64,000 bases of DNA from an uncultured Chloroflexia bacterium (GTDB lineage Bacteria > Chloroflexota > Limnocylindria > Limnocylindrales > CSP1-4): assembly GCA_963813335.1 (NCBI GenBank), contig CAWEYL010000001.1:1056001-1120000 (forward strand), written 5' to 3'. Shown here in pieces: positions 18,496-27,623 of the stretch. The notes under the pieces were generated by a model, which saw only the letters and a program-made list of their open reading frames with translations, was not told the DNA's origin and ran no database searches. The position numbers and the translations under genes were made by a program. The first letter of the stretch is position 1. Every line of letters begins with the position of its first letter.

Positions 18496-19130
18496 GCGAA
18501 GAGCCGGCCCTCGCGGGCCACGAGCTCCATCCAGGCGCGCTCGCGGCCGATGGTCGTCGCCGGGCCGTGCCCCGGCTCGACCGCGAGATGGTCCTCGAGC
18601 GAGCGCAGCCGCGCGAGCGACTCGACCATGGCCGCCGGGTCGCCACCCGGGAGGTCTACCCTGCCCCACGCGCCGGCGAACAGCGTGTCGCCGCTGTAGA
18701 GGACGCCGTCGTCCTCGGCGAGCAGGCAGACCGAACCCTCGGTGTGGCCCGGCGTGTGCAGCACGCGCAGGCGCAATTCGCCGAAGCGGATCAGGCCGCC
18801 CTCGGCGAGCTCGACGGCGGGCACGGACGGCGGGATGTCGAACGGCGCGAACAGCGGCTGTGGATCGGTGAGCCGCCCGCGGTCGAGCGGATGGACGGCG
18901 ATCTCGGCGCCCGTGTGCTCGGCGACGGCGGCGTTGTCGCCGATGTGGTCCCAGTGGCCGTGGGTCGAGACGATGAGCTTGAGCGTCCACTCGCGGGCGG
19001 CCAGCTCATCGATGATCCAGGCCAGGCTCGGCGTCGCCGTGTCGATGGCGATCGCCTCGCGCGAGCGCGGGTCGGCGAGCACGTGGACGTTGGTCGCGAC
19101 CGGCCCGACGACCCGGCGGAGGCGCTCCAT
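18492..19130 (-). CDS. MBL-fold metallo-hydrolase (glyoxalase II-like)
   Basis: THGHWDHIG, HTPGHT, SGDTLF, PGHG. Confidence 0.9.
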   Translation of the reverse strand: MERLRRVVGPVATNVHVLADPRSREAIAIDTATPSLAWIIDELAAREWTLKLIVSTHGHWDHIGDNAAVAEHTGAEIAVHPLDRGRLTDPQPLFAPFDIPPSVPAVELAEGGLIRFGELRLRVLHTPGHTEGSVCLLAEDDGVLYSGDTLFAGAWGRVDLPGGDPAAMVESLARLRSLEDHLAVEPGHGPATTIGRERAWMELVAREGRLFA

Positions 19131-19155
19131 CAGCGGGTCGGTGCGCGGCGGACGG

Positions 19156-19602
19156 TCAGGCGGGCGTCTCGAGCTTCGCGCGCATGCACTCGAAGGTCTG
19201 GCCGATCATCTTGTTGGCCGTCCCCTCGATCAGGCGCGCGCCCACGCTGGCCAGCGTGCCGGCGATGTTCACGTCGGCCGTCCAGTCCATGACCGTGGTC
19301 CCGTCCGGGCCGTCCGAGAGCGCCATCTGGGCATCGGCGTCGACCGCGCTGCCGGGCGCCTGGCCGTGGGCCTTGATGACGGCCTTGTCGGGCGCGGTCA
19401 GCTCCGCGAACGTCATGTCGACGTTGAACCGGGCGCTGATGAACCCGATGCCGACCTTGGCGGTGGCCTTGAAATGGGTGTCGTCGACGACCTCGATCTT
19501 CTCCACGCCCGGCCCGCACTGGCCCACCTGGTTCGGGTCGATGACGAAGGCCCAGACCTTGTCGCGACTGGCCTTGATGGGCACGGAGCCTTCGAAGTGC
19601 AT
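19156..19602 (-). CDS. coxG: CO dehydrogenase accessory protein CoxG (SRPBCC)
   Basis: MHFEGSVPIKASRDKVWAFVIDP...GTLASVGARLI; GGAGG RBS; located downstream of coxL. Confidence 0.85.
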   Translation of the reverse strand: MHFEGSVPIKASRDKVWAFVIDPNQVGQCGPGVEKIEVVDDTHFKATAKVGIGFISARFNVDMTFAELTAPDKAVIKAHGQAPGSAVDADAQMALSDGPDGTTVMDWTADVNIAGTLASVGARLIEGTANKMIGQTFECMRAKLETPA

Positions 19603-19637
19603 CAATTCCTCCAGCGTTGCCGCGCGGGGGTCGCGGA

Positions 19638-20678
19638 TCAGTCGGGCAAGGATACCGACGAGGGGACGTAGGCCGTCGGCTCCTTGATGAACCGGGTCCG
19701 GCAGCCGATCGAGCAGAACGCATAGACGACCCCGTCGTGCTCGGCGAGGTGGCGGGCGTGCTCGCGATCGACGGTCATGCCGCAGACCGGGTCGAGCAGC
19801 ACGATGTCGTCGACGACGGGCTGCAGCTCGATCGGGGCGACGGCGGCCCCGCCCGCGACGGTCGCCGGTCCGGGCGATGCCACGAAGTCCGCCCGGCCGT
19901 GGCGGACCTGCACCAGCTCGGCGAGGATCGACAGGGCGATCTCGGCCGGCGACTCCGCGCCGAGGTCGATGCCGGCCGGGGCGCGGAGCGCCGCCAGCCG
20001 CTCGTCCGCGAGCCCGGCATCGTCGCGCAGCCACGTCCGGACGACGTTGGCCCGGGTCGGCGAGGCGACGAGCCCGACGTACGAGGCGTCGCGGGCGAGC
20101 GCCGCGGCGACGGCCTCCTCGTCCCAGACGCCCTGGGTCGCGACGACGATGTAGGGCGAGAGCTCGGGGTCGAGCCGCTTGATGTCGGCCGTCGAGATCA
20201 CCCGCTCCGCCCCGGCGAACGCGTCGGCGTCGGCGACCGGGTCGATGACGGTCACCCGCCAGCCCGCGGCCGAGCCGAGGGTCGCGAGCGCACCGGCGAT
20301 GGGCGTGGTGCCGGCGACCCACAGGACCGGCGCTGGCAGATGCGGTTCCACGTAGATCTCCAGGGTCCCGCCGGAATGGCAGGTCATGACAAGCTCGATG
20401 ATGCCGTCGCCGCGGCGGCCCTCGGCCGGCGCGTCCTTCGAGAGCCGCAGCAGGCGCGGCTGCCCGTCACCGAGCGAGCGCAGCGCCTCGCGGACGACGA
20501 CGGGCTGGGCGCAGCTGCCGCCGACCCAGCCCTCGATGGTGCCGTCCGGATGGACGATGCCCGAGGCGCCCGGACGCGCCGATGTCGGCCGTTGGACCGC
20601 CACGACCGTGGCGACCGCGAACGGCCGACCGTCCGCCTCGAGCGAGGCGGCGCGCGCGAAGATCGACCGCGGGGTCAC
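19638..20678 (-). CDS. coxF: XdhC/CoxF-family Moco insertion protein with C-terminal YHS/TRASH domain
   Basis: GWVGGSC, MTCHSGG, APAGIDLGAESPAEIALSILAE, then DPVCGMTV...YAFCSIGC. Confidence 0.85.
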   Translation of the reverse strand: MTPRSIFARAASLEADGRPFAVATVVAVQRPTSARPGASGIVHPDGTIEGWVGGSCAQPVVVREALRSLGDGQPRLLRLSKDAPAEGRRGDGIIELVMTCHSGGTLEIYVEPHLPAPVLWVAGTTPIAGALATLGSAAGWRVTVIDPVADADAFAGAERVISTADIKRLDPELSPYIVVATQGVWDEEAVAAALARDASYVGLVASPTRANVVRTWLRDDAGLADERLAALRAPAGIDLGAESPAEIALSILAELVQVRHGRADFVASPGPATVAGGAAVAPIELQPVVDDIVLLDPVCGMTVDREHARHLAEHDGVVYAFCSIGCRTRFIKEPTAYVPSSVSLPD

Positions 20679-20696
20679 GAGCAGCCCACCGCAGGC

Positions 20697-23081
20697 CTAG
20701 CTGATGCCCTTCTCGTGGAGGATGGCCCAGACCTTCTGGGGCGTGATCGGGATGTCGATGTTGCGGACGCCGAGATGCCACAGGGCGTCGACGACCGCAT
20801 TGGCGATGGCCGGCGGGGCGCCGACGGTGGCGGACTCGCCGACCCCCTTGGCGCCGATCGGGTGATGCGGCGAGGGGGTGATGGTCTTGCCGGTCTCCCA
20901 GGCCGGCGTCTCGACGGCGGTCGGGAGCAGGTAGTCCATGAAGGTCCCGGCCATGTTGTTGCCGAGCTCGTCGTAGGTGATCTGCTCGTACAGCGAGGGC
21001 GCGAGGCCCATCGTCAGGCCGCCGTGGATCTGCCCGTCGACGATCATCGGGTTGATGATGTTGCCGCAGTCGTCGATGGCGACGAACCGGCGCACGTGCA
21101 CCTGGCCCGTCCCCTTGTCGATGTCGACGACGCAGATGTAGCTGCCGAACGGGAAGGTCAGGTTCGGCGGGTCGTAGTAGTCGACCGCCTCGAGGCCGGC
21201 TTCCATCCCGGCGGGATGGTTGGTGTAGGCCGCGAACGCGATCTCCTGGATCGTCTTGAAGCGTTCGGGCGAGCCCTTGACGCTGAACTTGCCCGGCTCC
21301 CACTCGAGGTCGTCCTCGTTGGCCTCCAGCAGGTGAGCCGCGATCTTGCGGGCCTTCTCCCGGATCTTGCGGGCCGCGACCGCGGTGGCCGCGCCGGCGA
21401 CGGGGGTGGACCGGGACGCATAGGTCCCGAGGCCATACGGCGCCGTGTCGGTGTCGCCCTCCTCGATCTTGATGTCCGCGACCGGGAAGCCGAGCTCCTC
21501 GGCGATGATCTGGGCGAACGTCGTCTCGTGGCCCTGGCCCTGCGACTGGACGCCGAGCCGGGCGAGCACCTTGCCCGTCGGGTGGACCCGGATCTCGCAG
21601 CTGTCGAACATCTTGATGCCCAGGATGTCGAAGTCGTGCGAGGGTCCGGCGCCGACGATCTCGGTGAAGCTGCTGATGCCGATGCCCATGAGCTCGCCAC
21701 GGGCGCGCTTCTCCGCCTGCTCCTTGCGCAGGTCGTCGTAGCCGATCATGTCGAGCGCCTTCTGCAGCGCGGCGGGGTAGTTGCCCGAATCGTAGGACCA
21801 GCCGGTCGGGGTCTTGTACGGGAACTGCTCGGGCTGGATGAAGTTCTCCATCCGGAGCTGGGCCGGGTCCTTTCCGATCTCGTGGGCCAGGATGTCCACC
21901 ATCCGCTCGATGGCGTGGACCGCCTCGGTCACGCGGAACGAGCAGCGATAGGCGACGCCGCCGGGCGGCTTGTTCGTGTAGACGCCGTCGACTTCGACGA
22001 ACGCGTTCGGGAAGTCGTACGAGCCGGTGATGACGTTGAACAGGCCGGCCGGGAACTTGGACGGGTCGGCGGCCGCGTCCGAGTAGCCGTGGTCGGCGAG
22101 GGTCTTGACCTTGAGGCTCGTGATCCGGCCGTCCTTGGTCGCGCCCATCTCCGCGTGGATGTGGTAGTCGCGGGCGAAGGAGTCCGCCTGGAGGTTCTCC
22201 GAGCGGTCCTCGATCCACTTCACCGGCGTCCCGGTCAAGAACGAGGCTGCCACGGCGAGGACATAGCCCGGGTAGACGGGCACCTTGCCGCCGAAGCCGC
22301 CGCCGATGTCGTGGGTCTTGACCCGGATGTTCTGCTCGCTGATCGGGAGGCCGGCGCCGGCGGCGACGAGCGCGATGACCGTCCGGATCGCATGCGGTGC
22401 CTGGCTCGTCATGTGGAGCGTGAGCTGCTGGCGGACCGGGTTCCAGTCGGCGACGCAGCCGCAGGTCTCGATCGAGGCGACATGGATGCGCGGGATGTAG
22501 ATGTCCTCGGACACCCGGACCTCGGCGGTCGCCATCGCGGCATCGGTCGCGGCCTCGTCGCCCGATTCCCAGTGCCAGATGTGATTGTTCGCCTTGTCCG
22601 GCCCGCGATCGGGACGCAGCACGAAGGCATCCGGCTCCATCGCCTTGAACGGGTCGATCACGACCGGGAGCGGCTCGTAGTCGACCAGGACCGCGGCGAC
22701 GCCGTCGGCGGCGGCGTAGCGGGATGTGGCGATGACCGCCGCGACCTCCTGCGACTGGTACATGACGGTGTCCACCGGGAGCACCATCTGCATGTCGCCC
22801 GCCAGCGTCGGCATCCAGTGGAGCTTGTAGCCCTCCAGGTCCTTGCCGGTGACGACGGCCGCGACGCCCGGGACCTTCAGCGCCTCGGACGCGTCGATCG
22901 ACTTGATCTTGGCGTGCGCGTACGGGCTGCGCACGATGTCGAGCCAGAGCTGGCCCGGCAGGTTGACGTCCTCGATGTACTCGCCCTGGCCGCGGATGAA
23001 CCGCGGGTCTTCCTTGCGCTTGACCGAGTGGCCCATGCCACCCATCTCGAATGTGGTGCGGGGCCCTGCTTCGGTGGTCAT
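20697..23081 (-). CDS. coxL: Aerobic CO dehydrogenase large subunit, form I
   Basis: Diagnostic AYRCSFR active-site loop, GGGFGGK, QGQGHET, AKGVGES; M-S-L gene order. Confidence 0.96.
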   Translation of the reverse strand: MTTEAGPRTTFEMGGMGHSVKRKEDPRFIRGQGEYIEDVNLPGQLWLDIVRSPYAHAKIKSIDASEALKVPGVAAVVTGKDLEGYKLHWMPTLAGDMQMVLPVDTVMYQSQEVAAVIATSRYAAADGVAAVLVDYEPLPVVIDPFKAMEPDAFVLRPDRGPDKANNHIWHWESGDEAATDAAMATAEVRVSEDIYIPRIHVASIETCGCVADWNPVRQQLTLHMTSQAPHAIRTVIALVAAGAGLPISEQNIRVKTHDIGGGFGGKVPVYPGYVLAVAASFLTGTPVKWIEDRSENLQADSFARDYHIHAEMGATKDGRITSLKVKTLADHGYSDAAADPSKFPAGLFNVITGSYDFPNAFVEVDGVYTNKPPGGVAYRCSFRVTEAVHAIERMVDILAHEIGKDPAQLRMENFIQPEQFPYKTPTGWSYDSGNYPAALQKALDMIGYDDLRKEQAEKRARGELMGIGISSFTEIVGAGPSHDFDILGIKMFDSCEIRVHPTGKVLARLGVQSQGQGHETTFAQIIAEELGFPVADIKIEEGDTDTAPYGLGTYASRSTPVAGAATAVAARKIREKARKIAAHLLEANEDDLEWEPGKFSVKGSPERFKTIQEIAFAAYTNHPAGMEAGLEAVDYYDPPNLTFPFGSYICVVDIDKGTGQVHVRRFVAIDDCGNIINPMIVDGQIHGGLTMGLAPSLYEQITYDELGNNMAGTFMDYLLPTAVETPAWETGKTITPSPHHPIGAKGVGESATVGAPPAIANAVVDALWHLGVRNIDIPITPQKVWAILHEKGIS

Positions 23082-23096
23082 CTCGTCACTCCCCGC

Positions 23097-23612
23097 TCAA
23101 CCGGCCGCGACCGGCGTGCCGCCGGCCTGGGTTTCGGCCGCGGCGCTCATCTCGGCGGCGGCCTGCTGGATCGACTTGACGATGTTCACGTAACCCGTGC
23201 AGCGGCACAGGTTGCCGCTGATCCCCCAGCGGATCTCCTCCTCGGTGGGGTCGGGATTCTCCCCGAGGAACCAGGCGGCCTGCATGATCATGCCCGGCGT
23301 ACAGAAGCCGCACTGGAGGCCGTGCTGGTCCCAGAAGGCCTGCTGGAGCGGGTGGAGGTTGGCGCCGTCCGCCATCCCTTCGATGGTCTTGATGCTGCGC
23401 CCGTCGGCCTGGACGGCGAGCATCGTGCACGATTTGGCGCTCTCGCCGTCGACGTGGACCGTGCACGCGCCGCAGTTGCTGGTGTCGCAGCCGACGTGGG
23501 TGCCGGTCAGGCCGAGCGTGTCGCGCAGGAAGTGGACGAGGAGCAACCGTGGCTCGACGTCCGCCTCATGGGCCGCGCCGTTGACGGTGACCGAGATGTG
23601 CTTGGTGGTCAT
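23097..23612 (-). CDS. coxS: CO dehydrogenase small (2Fe-2S) subunit
   Basis: [28 protein letters not shown]. Confidence 0.95.
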   Translation of the reverse strand: MTTKHISVTVNGAAHEADVEPRLLLVHFLRDTLGLTGTHVGCDTSNCGACTVHVDGESAKSCTMLAVQADGRSIKTIEGMADGANLHPLQQAFWDQHGLQCGFCTPGMIMQAAWFLGENPDPTEEEIRWGISGNLCRCTGYVNIVKSIQQAAAEMSAAAETQAGGTPVAAG

Positions 23613-23624
23613 CGTGGCGGCCTC

Positions 23625-24557
23625 CTACGCGTACGCGTTCGCGCGGTCGACGGCGGTGCGGAGCGCCCGGAGGGCCAGCTCGGCGACCATCGCCCGCTTG
23701 TAGTCGATGGGACCGCGGACATCGCCGCCGGGGCTGCTCTGCGCCCCCGCGGCAGCGCCCGCCTGGCGGTAGAGATCGTCCCCCGGCGCCTTGCCGACGA
23801 GGATGGCCTCCGCGTCGGTCGCGGCGAACGGCGCGCCGGCCACGCCGGTGACGCCCATCCCGGCGGCCGAGATCCGGCCGTCGTCGCCGAGCGTGACCCG
23901 GACCGCGACGCCGGCCGTCGCGAAGTCGCCGACCTTGCGCTCGAGCTTCTGGTAGGCGCCGCCGGTGTGTCGCCCGCGGCGCGGGATGCGGATCTCGGTC
24001 AGGACCTCCAGCGGATCGATCGCCGTGGAGAAGGTGTCGATGAAGAACCCGCGGGCCGGCAGGACCCGCTCACGGATGCCACCGGCGGCGGACGCCGGGT
24101 TGTCGCCGACGCGCATGTGGTGCGGGTCGCCGGAGAGGCCGCGGCACACGACCGATGCGTTGGCAGCGAGGAGGATCGCCGGCCAGTCCGACGCCGGGTC
24201 GGCGTGCGCGACGGAGCCGCCGATGGTGCCCCAGTTGCGGACCTGCGGGTCGCCGATCAGGGCGGTCGCGTCCTCGAGCATCGGGTAGTGGTCCGCGACG
24301 ATCTCGTTCTCGTGGATCTGCCGGTGCGTCGCCCGGGCGCCGATGCGCAGGTCGTCGTCGGTCTCGATGATGCCGTCCATGCCGTCGATGTCGCGGATGT
24401 CGACGAGCAGCGCCGGCTGGGCGAGGCGCAGCTTGATCAGGGGGATGAGGCTGTAGCCACCGGACAGGATCTTGGCCTCGCCCTCGCGGTCCTTGAGGAT
24501 CTGGAGGACGTCGTCGAGGTTCGCCGGTCGGACGTAGTCGAACTGAGCCGGGATCAT
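23625..24557 (-). CDS. coxM: CO dehydrogenase medium (FAD) subunit
   Basis: [40 protein letters not shown]. Confidence 0.93.
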   Translation of the reverse strand: MIPAQFDYVRPANLDDVLQILKDREGEAKILSGGYSLIPLIKLRLAQPALLVDIRDIDGMDGIIETDDDLRIGARATHRQIHENEIVADHYPMLEDATALIGDPQVRNWGTIGGSVAHADPASDWPAILLAANASVVCRGLSGDPHHMRVGDNPASAAGGIRERVLPARGFFIDTFSTAIDPLEVLTEIRIPRRGRHTGGAYQKLERKVGDFATAGVAVRVTLGDDGRISAAGMGVTGVAGAPFAATDAEAILVGKAPGDDLYRQAGAAAGAQSSPGGDVRGPIDYKRAMVAELALRALRTAVDRANAYA

Positions 24558-24993
24558 CGCGCTGCTGCCTCCTGCCCGCTCGCGCGGGCGATACGGTCGA
24601 CCCTGAGCGTCAGCGCGTCCCTGCGCCCGGTCCTGGGTCCGGAGCTATGGCGACGTTCCCGGGCCGTCGATCGGGGCCGTTTCGGCTGGGGTCCGACCGT
24701 GGTCCGGGTTGCGGTGGTGTTGCACGGAAGTATCGTCCCGCGCTCGTTCGTCCGTCAACGAGATGCGCAGCGTCGAAGGCTAGGTTTTCGCAATGAAACC
24801 GGACGCGCCGGGACCGCCGAGGGCGCCCAACGGACGGTGCTCCCGGTGGCCCACCCGATGGACCATCCGACGGCAGGACGGCACAGGACGCGCCCTCCGG
24901 CGTCGATCCGGCCACATGGCGAACCGTCCGGCACCGGAACGGGGGTCCCTTCGCCGGACGGTCCGTGTCGCGAGCCACAGCAAGGCAGAGCCT

Positions 24994-25752
24994 TCAGGCG
25001 GCGATCCCCTCGCCCGTCTCGAGGAAGGTCTTGAGGCCGGACACGATGTACACGATCCCCTCGGAGAACTCCTTCGCCGAGGTCGAGCCGGGGATGAGCG
25101 CGCTCGTCACGGTGAGCTTCGTGCCGCCGCGCTCCGCAGGTTCGACCAGCCAGGTCATGCGGACCGGGCCCTCGGCGTCGATCTCGGGACTCCAGCGCGG
25201 GTGGAACGACATCGTGATCGAGCGGCCCGGCTCCACGGCGATCACCTCGCCGTCGGCGGCGATGCTGCCGTCGGCGTAGGCGTAGGACAGCGGGGCGCCG
25301 GCCAGCCAGGTCGAGGCCACCCGGGTGTCGTAGTAGTAGCGGACGGTGTCGTCACCGTCGGTGATCGCCTGCCAGACCCGTTCCGGCGCGGCCTTGATGA
25401 GGATCGAGTACACGTGATCGACGCGGTCCATCGGACTCTCCAGCAGTCGTTTGAGGGTCGACATGGAGCCCACGACCGGCTCGGCGAACTTGCCGATCCA
25501 GCGGTCGTGGACCAGACGGATGGGCACCGGGTTCAGGAAGTGGCGCTTTTCCCGCCCGACCCGCTGGGTCGTGACGAGGTCCGCCTCCTCCAGGACCGCG
25601 AGGTGCTTCATGACGCCGAACCGCGTCATCCCGGGCAGGTGTTCGCACAGCTCGCCGAGCGTCTGGCCATCGCGCTCGAAGAGCCGGTCGAGCAGGACCC
25701 GCCGATTCGCATCGGCGAGGGCCCGGAAGACCGCGACCGTGTCGTCCGTCAT
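24994..25752 (-). CDS. ArsR-family regulator fused to an SRPBCC/AHSA1 domain
   Basis: FRALADANRR..MTRFGVMKHLAVLEEADLV, then IKAAPERVWQAITD. Confidence 0.9.
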   Translation of the reverse strand: MTDDTVAVFRALADANRRVLLDRLFERDGQTLGELCEHLPGMTRFGVMKHLAVLEEADLVTTQRVGREKRHFLNPVPIRLVHDRWIGKFAEPVVGSMSTLKRLLESPMDRVDHVYSILIKAAPERVWQAITDGDDTVRYYYDTRVASTWLAGAPLSYAYADGSIAADGEVIAVEPGRSITMSFHPRWSPEIDAEGPVRMTWLVEPAERGGTKLTVTSALIPGSTSAKEFSEGIVYIVSGLKTFLETGEGIAA

Positions 25753-25758
25753 GCGCTG

Positions 25759-25788
25759 ACTATATGTGACTGTTTGGTCACATGTCAA
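25759..25788 (-). promoter_or_regulatory. Leaderless sigma70 promoter with overlapping palindromic operator
   Basis: TTGACA-18-TATAGT ending 6 nt before the ATG; ATGTGAC-N6-GTCACAT (25764-25783) fills the spacer. Confidence 0.8.
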
Positions 25789-25864
25789 GCGGTCCGCGGG
25801 GCTCGTGCGTCATAGCCGGTTGGTAACCCTTGCGGCGTCACGACAGCCGGGTCATGCTCGATCC

Positions 25865-26212
25865 ATGGTCGCGACATCCAGGCAGATCTGGGCGGTCCGC
25901 CAATGCGGGCACCAGCACCAAGAGTTCGAACCGCAGCCTCGTGGCGCGGACCTGCCGACCCGCTGGCGAGTGACGAATGCAACGCGCTGCAGCGGACTGG
26001 ACCTCCAGACGGGCACCGTGCTCGAGTTCGTGCTGACCGACCAGACCTTCCAGGGCTGCGCCGGCTGCGAGAGCCACTTCGTGTGGTCTCGCTACCGAGT
26101 GACAAACGGTGAGCACGCGGGATCGTGCATCGAGTTTCAGGTCATCGATCCGAAGCCGTTCTACGTCATGCGCCCGATGGTCCCCGACTGGCTGGAATCA
26201 CTGCCCGACTGA
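25865..26212 (+). CDS. Cys/His-rich hypothetical protein
   Basis: 115 aa globular-looking ORF with QCGHQH, C, CAGC, H..C. Confidence 0.5.
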   Translation: MVATSRQIWAVRQCGHQHQEFEPQPRGADLPTRWRVTNATRCSGLDLQTGTVLEFVLTDQTFQGCAGCESHFVWSRYRVTNGEHAGSCIEFQVIDPKPFYVMRPMVPDWLESLPD

Positions 26213-26322
26213 TTCCGGTACTTGCCAACCGGCCTTGGCGCAAGTCTCGCGGGGCGTCCCATCCGCGGCGGGCGCACCATGGCTCCGTGCAACTTCCGGA
26301 AGCTCCCCGGCGTCGGGGCCGC

Positions 26323-26757
26323 GTGATCGCAGCCAGGCTGCTGCTGCTCGGGGCCTGTGCGCTCGTCGCTGCATGCGGACCTGGCAGCGCGGCTTCCCCT
26401 CTGCCCAGCCCATCGCCGATCGTCTCGCCGGCTGGGGGCCCGCCCAGCGTGACGGGAGTCGTCACCGCCGGCCCGGTCTGCCCGGTCGAGCAGTCCCCGC
26501 CCGACCCGAAGTGCGCGCCACGGCCGGTCGCCGGCGCGGTCATCGTCGCAACGGACGCGAGCGGTCAGGAAGTCGGTCGCACGACGAGCGCCGTGGACGG
26601 CTCATACGAACTGATCGTCGCGGAAACGGGGCAGGTGGTCGTCACGGCGCTCCCGGTCGAGGGGCTCGCCGGGGCTCCGGCACCCGTTCCGCTCACGTTC
26701 ACCTCTCCGGGTGAGGTGCGACACCTCGACCTCGAGTACGACACCGGGATCCGCTGA
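26323..26757 (+). CDS. Lipoprotein with carboxypeptidase-regulatory-like beta domain
   Basis: Lipobox LVAAC, GPVCPVE..C, C-terminal YDTGIR. Confidence 0.75.
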   Translation: MIAARLLLLGACALVAACGPGSAASPLPSPSPIVSPAGGPPSVTGVVTAGPVCPVEQSPPDPKCAPRPVAGAVIVATDASGQEVGRTTSAVDGSYELIVAETGQVVVTALPVEGLAGAPAPVPLTFTSPGEVRHLDLEYDTGIR

Positions 26758-26824
26758 AGCCGAGCGCGGGCCGACGCCCGACGATATCGTGCGGCATCGA
26801 AGGTGACCACCGATAGGAGCGCCC

Positions 26825-27346
26825 GTGACCGAACCCCGCATCCGCCTGCGCGACGCCACCATCGACGACGCCGACCGACTCGACGCCTGGGAGACACCCG
26901 AGAATCTCGGCTCGTTCAACGATTTCGGCATCCAACGCTCGTCCAAACGCGACGCGCTGGCGAAGGGCCCGCTCCGCGACGAGCGCAACGGCACGCTGAT
27001 CGTCGAGGTCATCGCGACCGGCGAGGCGATCGGCACGGTCGGCTGGCACGGGGTCGGGTACGGGCCGAACGCCGACAGCCGGGCGTGGAATATCGGCATC
27101 GCGCTGATCCCGACCGCGCGCGGCCACGGCTACGGCGTCGAGGCCCAGCGACTCCTCGCCGACGAGCTCTTCCGGACGACCGATGCGAACCGCGTCGAGG
27201 CATCGACCGACGTGGAGAACCTCCCCGAGCAGCGCGCCCTGGAGAAGGCCGGCTTCACCCGCGAGGGCGTGGTGCGCGGCGCCCAGGTCCGGGCGGGCGG
27301 GATCCACGACCTGGTCGTCTACTCGAGGCTCCGCTCGGACCCCTGA
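26825..27346 (+). CDS. RimJ/RimL-type GNAT acetyltransferase
   Basis: ARGHGYG, NRVEASTDVEN, RALEKAGFTREG. Confidence 0.88.
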   Translation: MTEPRIRLRDATIDDADRLDAWETPENLGSFNDFGIQRSSKRDALAKGPLRDERNGTLIVEVIATGEAIGTVGWHGVGYGPNADSRAWNIGIALIPTARGHGYGVEAQRLLADELFRTTDANRVEASTDVENLPEQRALEKAGFTREGVVRGAQVRAGGIHDLVVYSRLRSDP

Positions 27347-27410
27347 TCGGGCGACCCGGGCCTTGACGCCGCGCGGCGGTCGGCGCATACCACCCGGAGA
27401 GGTGGAACCG

Positions 27411-27623
27411 ATGGGCGAACCGAAACCGAAGGAACCGCAGCGCAACGCCGGAGCCTTCCTCGGCCCCGACCTCCTGGCGCCCGTGCCGATGCGGACCCTC
27501 AGCGACGAGTATCACGATGGTCCGGCCGAGCCGGTCGACTCCGACCGCGTGCCACCGCCCGAGGTCCCCGGGTGGGTCCGCCGGCTCCGCGACCAGCTGG
27601 CCGCCATGGGGAAGCGCCGCTAG
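27411..27623 (+). CDS. Small hypothetical protein (70 aa)
   Basis: GGAGAGGT RBS; fills the gap between flanking genes. Confidence 0.45.
   Translation: MGEPKPKEPQRNAGAFLGPDLLAPVPMRTLSDEYHDGPAEPVDSDRVPPPEVPGWVRRLRDQLAAMGKRR

Noticed and set aside
19617-25034. 1805-aa plus-strand ORF and other long antisense ORFs
   Set aside because: Shadow frames of high-GC minus-strand genes with no recognisable motifs.
25764-25783. CRP/FNR site
   Set aside because: TGTGA and TCACA are 8 nt apart rather than 6; it fits an ArsR operator better.
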